From contig VRUL01000008.1 of assembly GCA_019456145.1 (NCBI GenBank), positions 60,438 through 124,437 on the forward strand: 64,000 bases of DNA, given 5' to 3'. Below, piece after piece: positions 46,951-56,000 of this stretch. Position 1 is the stretch's first letter. Each line of letters begins with the position of its first letter. A program made the translations under genes and the position numbers. The DNA is from Planctomycetota bacterium (GTDB lineage: Bacteria > Planctomycetota > Phycisphaerae > Sedimentisphaerales > Anaerobacaceae). The notes beneath the pieces are model-generated. The model had not been told where the DNA came from, did not search any database, and saw nothing but the letters and a program-made list of their open reading frames with translations.

Positions 46951-47800
46951 GGCTTTTACTCTGATTGAGCTGCTGATTGTAATATCAATCATCTCGCTTC
47001 TGCTGGCTATTTCCATACCCGCACTGACCAAAGCCAGGCGAAGCGCCCGCTCTCTTATTGGAGTCAAAAGACAGCGTGACACTGCCTTTGCCGTGACTCT
47101 TTACGCCCAGGACAACGATAACCTGTTCCCCGATTCTGTCGCCCGCCCCAAACCCGGCTCTTCTTCGCCGTGGCGTGAGCCAACGATACTGACTGCTCCG
47201 GGAACTGGACTGAACCGGTCCATTAGTGCCTATTTGTATACATACATAAAAAATGCGGATACTATATTTTGTCCAAGCGCTCCTCGCAAATATGAGTATT
47301 TACAGGAGGTTTGGGAGGCTGGCGATGAGTGGAACAACGATTTGGGCAACCAATTCTATGGAACATATTGCTTTTATTGGAACTACGTCGGCTATCTTCA
47401 GGACAAAAATTATCCCTTCAGAGGTCCGCAGAGTTCAGCCGATGGAAGGCAGTATAGCAAATTGCTGACAAGTGACTATCTCGGCTTCGGCCACTGGAGA
47501 AATGTCCTCACATACGGCCGGCACGATGCGTATGGCTGCTGTGACCAGTTTAACGGTGCCGGCGTTACAAAAGGGACCCCAGTCTCGACGGATTTCTGGT
47601 CCCGTCTAAAAGATGATGAAAAGTTCAGTTTGGCCGGTATCCAAATCCAGCTTCATGCCGGCTATACGGATGGTCATGTCCAAAGCTATTGGTCATCTGA
47701 AGTTATGACGATGAGGATCTCAAAAACCCCTGACGGTACTGTCCCTGGTCCAACTATAGGCTCACCGGGTATTTTCTATATACCAATAAAGCAGCATTGA
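46904..47800 (+). CDS. Prepilin-type N-terminal cleavage/methylation domain protein (DUF1559-like pseudopilin, H-X9-DG tail)
   Basis: KAFTLIELLIVISIISLLLAISIPAL is the class III signal and hydrophobic helix. The C-terminal HAGYTDGHV resembles the H-X9-DG motif. I take ATG 46904 as the start (the track's 46733 start overlaps the upstream gene by 218 nt). It overlaps the upstream gene by 47 nt. Confidence 0.85.
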   Translation: MNGKEQITIRHRITNKAFTLIELLIVISIISLLLAISIPALTKARRSARSLIGVKRQRDTAFAVTLYAQDNDNLFPDSVARPKPGSSSPWREPTILTAPGTGLNRSISAYLYTYIKNADTIFCPSAPRKYEYLQEVWEAGDEWNNDLGNQFYGTYCFYWNYVGYLQDKNYPFRGPQSSADGRQYSKLLTSDYLGFGHWRNVLTYGRHDAYGCCDQFNGAGVTKGTPVSTDFWSRLKDDEKFSLAGIQIQLHAGYTDGHVQSYWSSEVMTMRISKTPDGTVPGPTIGSPGIFYIPIKQH

Positions 47801-47809
47801 TAAGGGCTT

Positions 47810-47973
47810 ATCCGAATAACCGGGTCGTTATGAGGACGAGTGAAAAGTTCGAGGCCAAGACGGCAGGCCAAAAATGCTCGGAGGCGTGGTTTTCTCCACG
47901 TTGAGAACATTTTTGACCGACAACGCATGCATCGGGCTTTGCGGCCGGCCGCAATAGAGCGGGTTATTTGGAT
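47810..47973 (+). other. Nested-hairpin structured element (REP-like or ncRNA candidate)
   Basis: Outer 12-bp stem: atccgaataacc (47810-47821) pairing with ggttatttggat (47962-47973), with one G-U. Inner long imperfect hairpin: ggccaaaaatgctc...cgtgg-ttttct-ccacg...gagaacatttttgacc (about 47868-47920). Contains the 12-nt palindrome gcggccggccgc (47941-47952). Confidence 0.4.
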
Positions 47974-48055
47974 ACGCTCTAAGAGTATCTTAAATCCTGA
48001 TTTCCCGGATGAAGTTTAATCTATCGTAGATAAAGCGTTTTACGTAATATACAAG

Positions 48056-48085
48056 GGTGGGCCTTGCCCCACCATTATTCTTGTT
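48056..48085 (+). terminator. Terminator-like hairpin preceding the dcd-like operon promoter
   Basis: ggtggg (48056-48061), loop ccttgc, cccacc (48068-48073), followed by attattcttgtt. Confidence 0.4.
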
Positions 48086-48112
48086 GACAAACAGACTCAA
48101 GTTGGTTAATCT
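48084..48112 (+). promoter_or_regulatory. Near-consensus sigma70-type promoter
   Basis: TTGACA (48084-48089), an exactly 17-nt spacer, then TAATCT (48107-48112). It sits about 215 nt upstream of the 48329 ORF, which itself has a strong AAGGAGG RBS (48314-48320). Confidence 0.4.
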
Positions 48113-48328
48113 AACGCTCACTGATACTGAAAAAGGCAGTTTTGACGCATTTGTTTGGAGAACCCTATGCGAGATACGAAATATGAAAGATTGGCAGGGA
48201 AAGAAAGTTATTTCGCATGAACAAATTAGGAAGATTAAATTTGTGTCCGGATTTTGCTTTATTTTACGATAATTAAGAATAGGATATAAGACAAAATAGG
48301 TTAAGTTGCTCAGAAGGAGGTCTTTATT

Positions 48329-48601
48329 ATGGACAAATGGCTTGATTGTACAATATCTGAGGGGCAGTTTACTGGAGAATTTGCCGTTCAAGGTAAGATG
48401 TTTGATTCGACAGATTTCTCTATGTTCGCCCCGAAGGAAGTTTTGCGTTTTGACAAAGAACCTACAAAGAATAAGCAGGTAAAAGGCTCGATTCAAGTCA
48501 CACCTTTAGAACAGAAAGGCGACTTAAGCTTAATTGCTCTTCCTCGACCGACATTCGAGAATGGACGAACAATAACAGTTAAAACAAGCCAAATCAGGTA
48601 A
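48329..48601 (+). CDS. Hypothetical 90-aa protein, upstream partner of the dCTP-deaminase-like gene
   Basis: ATG lies 8 nt after AAGGAGG. The stop TAA (48599-48601) is 7 nt before the next ATG. Sequence begins MDKWLDCTISEGQFTGEFAVQGKMFDSTDFSMFAPKEV. I recognise no family. The region is AT-rich. Confidence 0.65.
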   Translation: MDKWLDCTISEGQFTGEFAVQGKMFDSTDFSMFAPKEVLRFDKEPTKNKQVKGSIQVTPLEQKGDLSLIALPRPTFENGRTITVKTSQIR

Positions 48602-48608
48602 GCCTGGA

Positions 48609-49193
48609 ATGCTACTTTCAAATCTTGAAATCCATAAAGCATTAGATACAGGAAGACTTGTTATCAAGCCGGAACCTTTACCAAGAACAAAAGATATAGG
48701 TGTTAAGTATTGCCCATATGATACACACACAGTTGATTTAAGGCTTGGTAATGAACTTACTATTCCAAAACCTGGCGCATATGCTTATGACTTTTTGGCA
48801 CAGGGCAATATAGCAGAACTTATAGCACAAAGCTCAAAAAAACATACATTAACGGAAGACCGCCCTTTTCGTTTGGAACCATACAAATTTGTCCTCGCCC
48901 AAACATTGGAAACAATTGAGTTGCCGATTGATAAAGGTCCACCATATTTAGCAGCAAGAATTGAGGGAAAAAGCAGCAGGGCTCGGTGTGGATTGCTTGT
49001 CCATTTCACTGCGCCGACTGTCCATCCTGAATGGAAAGGGCAGCTAACACTTGAAATTATTAATCTCGGCCAAACTCCATTTCTACTTCATAGCGGGATG
49101 CCGATAGCACAATTACTCGTTGAGCAGGTTAAAGGCGAGATAAAATCGAATCAAAGTCAGTTTCAAGGGCAAGTTACTCCTGAGGGGCTATAG
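48609..49193 (+). CDS. dCTP deaminase (Dcd/dUTPase-fold) family protein
   Basis: 194 aa and colinear with E. coli Dcd as I recall it: VDLRLGNE, FVLAQTLETIELP, IEGKSSRARCGL (Ser/Arg of the active site), QLTLEIINLG (catalytic Glu), GMPIAQL. Confidence 0.85.
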   Translation: MLLSNLEIHKALDTGRLVIKPEPLPRTKDIGVKYCPYDTHTVDLRLGNELTIPKPGAYAYDFLAQGNIAELIAQSSKKHTLTEDRPFRLEPYKFVLAQTLETIELPIDKGPPYLAARIEGKSSRARCGLLVHFTAPTVHPEWKGQLTLEIINLGQTPFLLHSGMPIAQLLVEQVKGEIKSNQSQFQGQVTPEGL

Positions 49194-49371
49194 CAGTGGT
49201 TGCTAAGCCTCAAAAACAGTAGGCTGCTGCCTTTTTAATGGTTAAGCCAAATCCCAACACTGCCCCATGTATTCGTTCCAAGAACTTTAGCGTCTTTTGT
49301 GCATTTTGTGCTTTTTCGTGCCTTTGTGTCTCTGTGGCAAAAACTCCCTGTGTTCTCTGCGGAGAATCTTT

Positions 49372-49900
49372 TTATTTTTTTGTTGACGATTGTTTGATAA
49401 TCTGTTAATCTAATTGTATGTTTACCAGCAGGCAAACGTAAACCGCCAGCAGGCGAAGGTTTTGCGGAGAACCGCACGTCTTAGTATCAGCAGATACACG
49501 CCAAAAATAATCGTCAGTGAATACTCAATAATCAATAGAAAATCGTCAATAATCAATCAAAAGGTGTATTAAATGGATAAAAAACACTTATTTAGCTGGC
49601 TACAAATAAAAGTCCGCCCGAAGGGCCTCCACAGTTTTGCATTTTACATTTTAATCTACGCATTTTCTTTTACGAGCTACGAACTATGAACAGCGAACTA
49701 CCAACCACAAGCTGCCTAAACCGCCTATCCAGCCTAATTTGTCAATCAATTATGACCTTATTATGCAAAACGAACCCAATTTCCCGGATGCCCAAATGAA
49801 CATAACTAAAGTATTAACAAGGGATTATGGAAATAATTCCAATTGGACACTTGGTGAAAACGAACCCAAAACGAACCCAATCAAACCCAATTCTTGTCCG
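49372..49900. repeat. Composite intergenic repeat, right copy (inverted partner of 16860-17376)
   Basis: See the left copy for the block matches. Contains aaacgaaccca-type units at 49767-49779 and, in tandem, at 49857-49890. The pseudo-ORF MQNEPNF...NEPKTNP mirrors the one in the left copy. Confidence 0.85.
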
Positions 49901-50124
49901 CCATCAGTGTGGCGGATCAAAGGCAAAAAAATCCTCATGCGTTTGACGATTAATAACCGGATTAAGCCCTGCGCCTCACCGACTACCGGCCCCTGGAGAA
50001 ATCCTGAGGCAGCTCTAAACTACTTGATAACAAATACATTTTGCTGTAAAATGGTTTCAAATGAGAACGTCATTCAAATACACTCGATATCTCAATTCAG
50101 ACTCATTTTGGAAAGGGGCCAACA

Positions 50125-53076
50125 ATGCGTAAACACGGCATGATAGCGACAGCGGTTTTTTCAGTGATTTGTGTGGTCTGCCTCCGGGCAGAGGAACTCC
50201 CGAATCTCGCGCCGAAGGCAAAAGTATCAGCCTCCAGTGAATACAGCGGCGACTACCTGGCCCGATGGGCAATCGATGGAAAGGTTCCCGAGTTGGAATC
50301 CAGGATAGATACCCGACAGGCCTGGTGCGTTCAGGGCCAAAAAGGTATGCATGGGGAATTCACCCTCACCTGGCCTGGGCCGATCGATGTAGCAGAGATC
50401 GTTTACTTCGGACGGACGGGAGTGATTATACAGGAATGCTTCAAGGACTATGAAGTCTACCTCGACGATGCTGTAGAGCCGGTGAAAAAAGGTGTCTTTC
50501 AAATGCGTCACGGGCCGCAGCGAATCGCCATCCCAAAGAGCAAAGTTAGGAAAATCCGTATCAAGTTTCTCACTGCGCACAATGGGGCCGTCAATCCCGG
50601 CGCCTCGGAGATTGCGGTATTCAGCAGCTCACCCAGCGACGCTCAGCTTTCCGGCATGCTCCTTCCGCCCGGCGAGCGCACCCCTGAGTCACTTATCCTG
50701 CGCGACGATCTCCTGGCAGGACGCATGGGCTTTCGTGATATTCTCCTGGTCAAGCGGCACCCCCTGGATATCTCGCACGTCTATGTCTACCATGTCGAGG
50801 GCTACCAGACAGGTGGCGGGCTCTACGTATTTACACCCGGCAAGGATGGGGGCAAGCTACGTTGTATCGTCGATTCGTCCAAAGGCATGATCTCGACCGC
50901 AGACCTTTCTTATGACGGAAAAGAAGTCGTCTTCGCGTGGAAACTCGGCGGCCTTAAGCTGTGCAACCCCGTGGCATTGCTCGAAGATATCGACAGGTCG
51001 GTCTCCGATAACAATTACCAGATATACCGCGTAAACATCGACGGAACAGGCCTCAAGCAGCTCACTTCCGGCGCTTCGAACAACCTCGACCCGGCCTGGC
51101 TCCCCGACGGCGAAATTGTCTTCATCTCCGATAGAAAGCCGGCCTACGCCTACTGCTACGTCGTGACCTCACCGGTGGTCTACCGGATGGACCGTAACGG
51201 GCAAAAACAGAAGCGGCTTTCGGCCAACTACCTGATGGACTTCACACCTTCGGTGCTCAATGACGGAAGGATCATATACACACGTTGGGAATATGTCGAC
51301 CGTGCCGCCTGTCCCATCCAGAGTTTATGGGCAATAAATCCCGATGGTACAGGCCTTGCAGGTTTCTACGGCAACCGGGTCATATCGCCGGGTACCTTCA
51401 TGGACGCTCAGCCGGTCCCCGGGACCAACATCGTAATTGCCACCGCGACTAATCATAACGGACCATGTCGCGGCGGGATTGTCCTGATTGATCCCTCTAA
51501 GGGAGCCAATGCCAAAGAGGCTGTAACAAATCTCACGCCGGAAATCGACATCTACCAGCCCGTCGGGGTCTACGGCAATGGATTGCGCGGACCGTATGAA
51601 AAGCCTTTCCCCATCGGAGGAAAAAAGTACCTTGTCTCTAATAATGGCAGAGTGCAGCTTCGCACCTTCGATGGAGATAAAGTCACCTTGCTCGCCAAAG
51701 ACCGCCGGCTCGGGTATTACTGCGCACAGCCGGTGCGCCCGACAAAGCTGCCCCCCAAACTCACCGGCGGTCCTATGGACCGCGAGGCCATTTTCTCAGA
51801 AGACGGCAGCGTTTCCGGGGCCTGGGCGACCGTGTTTGTCCGCGACGTCTACAAAGGCCTTGAGCCCCACGTCAAGCGGGGACAGATCAAGCAGATTGCC
51901 GTAGTCCAGGAGATTGAGAAGAGTACCCATTCCCCTCAGAACAACGTTACCCTCGACGGGCACGGCAAGCGTAACATCGCGGTCTTCGGTTTCCAGTTTC
52001 CCCTGGTCTCCTGCGGTGCCACCTATGCCCCGAAGAGACTTTGGGGATTTGCTAAGGTCGATGAAGACGGCAGTTCATCTTTTCGGGTTCCTGCCGAGGT
52101 CCCGATATATTTTATGGCACTCGATGCCGAGGGACGTGCGCTGCAGCGCATGAGAAGTTTCACCCACATGATGCCAGGCGAAGTACAGGGCTGCGTCGGC
52201 TGCCATGCCAATCGTAATGCGGTCGCCCCCAGCATGGTCAGGCGCTCTGCGATGCGGGCTGAGATTCAGGAACTAACCGCCCCCGAGTGGGGAGTCACGG
52301 GTTTCCGCTACGACCAGGTGGTACAGCCGGTCCTGGATAAATACTGTATAAAGTGTCACAATGAGCGGGAGCAGCCGCATCACGTGGATCTTACCGGTGA
52401 TAAGACGGACTTCTTCAGCGTCTCCTACGACATTCTCGCCCGAAAGGGCACGCAGGGTGTAAGCAACTTCCTCCAGCACGGCAGCCCCATAGGCCCGGCT
52501 GGTGACGCCGCGCGCGGCCAAAGTCCCTACACCTCATGGATATGGACGATCAACGGAGCTGGCCACAACGTCCTCGAAATCCAACCGCGCCGCTGGGGAA
52601 GTCCCGCCAGCAAGCTCGCTGAGATTATCCGAAGCGGTCACCCTGGCAGGGACGGCAAACCCAGGGTCCAGGTGGCTGATGCCGACCGGCGCAGGGTCTA
52701 TATGTGGATCGATTTGAATGTGCCTTATTACGGCACGTCTTCATCGAGTTACAAAAAGCGTCTTGGAAGCCGTCGTATGTATCCCTATGAACTTGACAAC
52801 GTCCTCAAGGAAGTAGCCTCGCGGCGTTGCGTAGAGTGCCACAAGAAAAGTGTCCCTCGTAAGTTTTATACGCGCATGCTAAAGCCCGAGAACAACAGTT
52901 TTCTCCTTGCTCCATTAGCGGTTTCAGCCGGCGGAACTGAGAAATGCGGCCGGGCGATTTTCAAATCCAGTGAAGATAAAGACTACCAGAAAATAATGGA
53001 AGTATTCCGACCGCTCAAGGAGATGCTGGAGAATCGTCCTCGTGCCGATATGCTGGCATTCGACACAACTCAGTAG
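50125..53076 (+). CDS. Secreted multidomain protein: discoidin (F5/8 type C)-like N-terminus + TolB/PD40-like beta-propeller + three CxxCH motifs
   Basis: Has a signal peptide (MRKHGMIATAVFSVICVVCLRA). The N-terminus reads NLAPKAKVSASSEYSGDYLARWAIDG...ASEIAVF. Propeller-type repeats are present (YRVNIDGTGLKQLT, RWEYVDRAACPIQSLWAINPDGTG). Heme-type motifs: CVGCH, CIKCH, CVECH. Paralog of 56952..60083. Confidence 0.8.
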   Translation: MRKHGMIATAVFSVICVVCLRAEELPNLAPKAKVSASSEYSGDYLARWAIDGKVPELESRIDTRQAWCVQGQKGMHGEFTLTWPGPIDVAEIVYFGRTGVIIQECFKDYEVYLDDAVEPVKKGVFQMRHGPQRIAIPKSKVRKIRIKFLTAHNGAVNPGASEIAVFSSSPSDAQLSGMLLPPGERTPESLILRDDLLAGRMGFRDILLVKRHPLDISHVYVYHVEGYQTGGGLYVFTPGKDGGKLRCIVDSSKGMISTADLSYDGKEVVFAWKLGGLKLCNPVALLEDIDRSVSDNNYQIYRVNIDGTGLKQLTSGASNNLDPAWLPDGEIVFISDRKPAYAYCYVVTSPVVYRMDRNGQKQKRLSANYLMDFTPSVLNDGRIIYTRWEYVDRAACPIQSLWAINPDGTGLAGFYGNRVISPGTFMDAQPVPGTNIVIATATNHNGPCRGGIVLIDPSKGANAKEAVTNLTPEIDIYQPVGVYGNGLRGPYEKPFPIGGKKYLVSNNGRVQLRTFDGDKVTLLAKDRRLGYYCAQPVRPTKLPPKLTGGPMDREAIFSEDGSVSGAWATVFVRDVYKGLEPHVKRGQIKQIAVVQEIEKSTHSPQNNVTLDGHGKRNIAVFGFQFPLVSCGATYAPKRLWGFAKVDEDGSSSFRVPAEVPIYFMALDAEGRALQRMRSFTHMMPGEVQGCVGCHANRNAVAPSMVRRSAMRAEIQELTAPEWGVTGFRYDQVVQPVLDKYCIKCHNEREQPHHVDLTGDKTDFFSVSYDILARKGTQGVSNFLQHGSPIGPAGDAARGQSPYTSWIWTINGAGHNVLEIQPRRWGSPASKLAEIIRSGHPGRDGKPRVQVADADRRRVYMWIDLNVPYYGTSSSSYKKRLGSRRMYPYELDNVLKEVASRRCVECHKKSVPRKFYTRMLKPENNSFLLAPLAVSAGGTEKCGRAIFKSSEDKDYQKIMEVFRPLKEMLENRPRADMLAFDTTQ

Positions 53077-56000
53077 GGGGCAGAAAGTGTGCTAAACTCT
53101 GCTTGCCGGCAGGCCTGCATCAAGAGGCGGCCGGTAGTGATTTCAGGGTAAGTTTCGGCGATAGCGCGAAGTTGCTCGGTGGGTACGTATTTGCTCAAAG
53201 CCAGTAGTGCATTTGCCGCGGCGTTTCGAACTGATACGGCATTGTCAAAATCGGTTAACGTCTCGATTAGTACAGAGGTAGCACGGGGATTGTTGATACG
53301 GCCAAGGGCGTCGGCTGCGGCGGCACGGTAGAAGGGAGTCATTGCTTTGTACACGAAAACGTTGGGCGGGGTTTCATACCCGAAAGAAGCTTCTCTGGCA
53401 TCGGCTTGTAGAGAAGCGATTAAGGTGTCGATGCTTTCGTGATCGCCGAGTTTGCCCAGGAGTCTGGTCAGGAAGAAGCAAACCCAGGATCGGTGACGTG
53501 AAGGAGGCATAGCGCGGTATTGATTGAGGACTTTCCGGAAGCGCGTGGCATAAGCTTTGTCGAGGCAGATGATCGATGCTATTTGGGCGGCGCGCGACTG
53601 AGGATCCTGGGGCAGGACGGAGATGGCCGGCGGCGAAGCGGTGACAGCTTCTTTGAGGTTCCCGACGGACTTTGAGTTCGGGTCTTCAAGGACACAAAGA
53701 CAGGCTTTGAGGATTTCGGGGGCAAGATTGCTTCGGGCGATGACTCGGGCAGCGAGGTTCTCATAACTGTCGGTCTCGTAGAGCAGGGCCCGGTCGGTAT
53801 CGATGGGGATAGACTTGAGTATAGTCGGGACAATAGGATCTATATCTTCTGTTTTTGTGCGGTCCAGAGCTTCGAGGATACGATAATGAATAGGTGAGCT
53901 GTTACAGCCCATCAGCCAGGAATGATCACCACACCAGAATGTATACTTCCAGAAGTCCAGCAGGCTTGGCATTGATTGGACCAGAGGCTGTACGGCGTCA
54001 TGGGTGCCGATTCTGCCCAGGGCCTCGGCGGCAGTGGCGGTTAGATAGACGGGTTTTTGAAGCCAACCCAGCTCGTGCAGGTCGGGGGCCTTGCCGGGGT
54101 CTTTGGTCATATTCTCATGAAAGATTTTGGTGAGCAGTGGTATAGCTTCTGTATCACGGAGATAGCCAAGGGAACGAATGGCGGCCATGATTGTGCGCAA
54201 AGGGGCATCGGGGTATTTGGTGATAAAGGCCCGCAGAGCAGCTTTGCCATCTTCGGAGCCCACGTGACCGATGGCCCGGGCGGCGTCGAATTGTGCGGTT
54301 GAGTCATTCGATAAGAGCGCTTTGGTCAGGCGTGATTCGATTGTGGCCCAGTTGTTTTGGATAAAATACTCTCTCCACCTGTTCGCATTGGAGTTACCGA
54401 CAAATGGATTGAATCCTACGGAATGAGCGGTCAGGTTTTCCAGGGCGATATTGGCCGATTGGGCAGTGAAGACATTTTGGTCATCGAGGGCGTTGAGCAG
54501 GGGCTTGATTGCCGAGCGATTTCCGCAGGCAGCAAGAGCAAGGGCTGCATTTGTACGGACCTGCGGTGATGAGTCTTTAAGTGCTTTGACCAATGCAGCA
54601 ACAGAAGATCTATCGCGGAGCAGGGCGAGACTTTGTGCAGCAGAGATACGCTCCGGGATATCGCCGGATTCTAATTGTTTTGATAGCTGCACAATGTCCG
54701 CAGAGCGATTCAGGGAGCCGTCCGGAATTGGAGTGACGCCGAAAAGTGTTATCGCGGCAGCTTCGCGGAATCGGTCGAACTGAAGGTTCAGGATACCGCC
54801 GTTGCCGGCGTTGTTGGCCCGGTAACGGTGTGGGGAGCCCTGGGCCAGGAGCTTGAAGGGTTTGAAGCGTGCGGCCAATGGCATTGCGGAGGGTCTGGGG
54901 GTGAATGTGCGATGGTTGTGGCAACCGATGCAGGACAGGCGTTCGCCCGGTCGGACATATATCCAGGATGTTTCGTTGATAACGGACCGTCCTTCCGCGT
55001 CGATGGCCTGGATCGACAGAGCGACGTCGGCGGGTACTTCGACGTAAAACGAGCCGTCCGGTGCTAACGGCACTGTCCCAAGCTCAACGCCCTCAACTCC
55101 TATGTGGGCGAAGCGGTGCTTTGCAGAGCGTAATGCGAAGGGTTTGCCGCGAACAATGCGGACGGCCTTAATGCGGGAGATATCGGCGTTGGTTTGCTTG
55201 GTGTTAAAGACGCTTTGGCATAGCAGCAGTCCGGTTTTGGGAAAGCGGTCTTGATTACCAGCAGGTAGTTGGCTTGCCAGAATTGGTGGTTTGGGCCGTG
55301 GGCCCATGTACACGGGGGAGTGGATTTTGTCAAAGGCAAGGATTTTGGCGGTTTTTCCTGATTTTAAGTCGATAATTCCTATCCAGCTTCGGCCCGGTCC
55401 TGTACATAGGAGTCGACCATCGGGCAAAGGTGAAATATCAAAGGGTACAAAACCGACCGGTGCTTTTTCGAATTGCGAAGCACCGGAGTCAAAAAGGCCC
55501 GAGGTGACCACGCCGTTCTGGCAGAGAGCTGCGATACGCCCGTCGGCGAGCGGGGCGACTGAGCCGAAGCCGTTTTGTCTAAGCCATGCGGAATTACGTT
55601 CTGCTGCGAAGGCCGGGTCAAATCCAATGGCGGACCTGTCTGGTCCCAGTATAGCCATGCCCCCGGTGCCGTCCGGCCGAATGTGATGGATGCGTGTTTC
55701 GACCTTGGCGCGTTCGAAGAAGTTGTCGCATCGGACAAGAGCAATTGTGCCGTGTGCCGTGACTTTGGGTTCGTGGTCGGCGACGATATGCTGGGTGATG
55801 GGTGTAATATTCGAACCGTCAGAGTTCATTGAGAATATCGCCGAGGCGAAGTTGCCGTGATATTCGTCACGGCTGCCAAGTCTTGTGGAGCAAAACATGA
55901 TTCTGCCGTCCGGAAGCTGGGCCGGTTCGTAGTCGTGGTATGAGCCGTGGGAGAGTTGAGTGAGGTTGGAACCGTCAGAACCGATGGAGTAGACGTGGAA

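Noticed and set aside
47990-48496. 168-aa reverse-strand ORF spanning the promoter and start of the 90-aa gene.
   Set aside because: The region is AT-rich, and the translation is dominated by Phe/Ile/Leu/Asn/Lys runs with no motif. It overlaps a + strand gene that has a strong RBS. It is likely spurious.
17377-49371. The 32-kb segment between the inverted repeats, considered as a composite transposon, prophage or integrative element.
   Set aside because: There is no integrase, intact transposase, tRNA or phage structural gene. Most of the interior (21.6-47.8 kb) has host-like composition and typical PVC chromosomal genes. Only the two ends look acquired.
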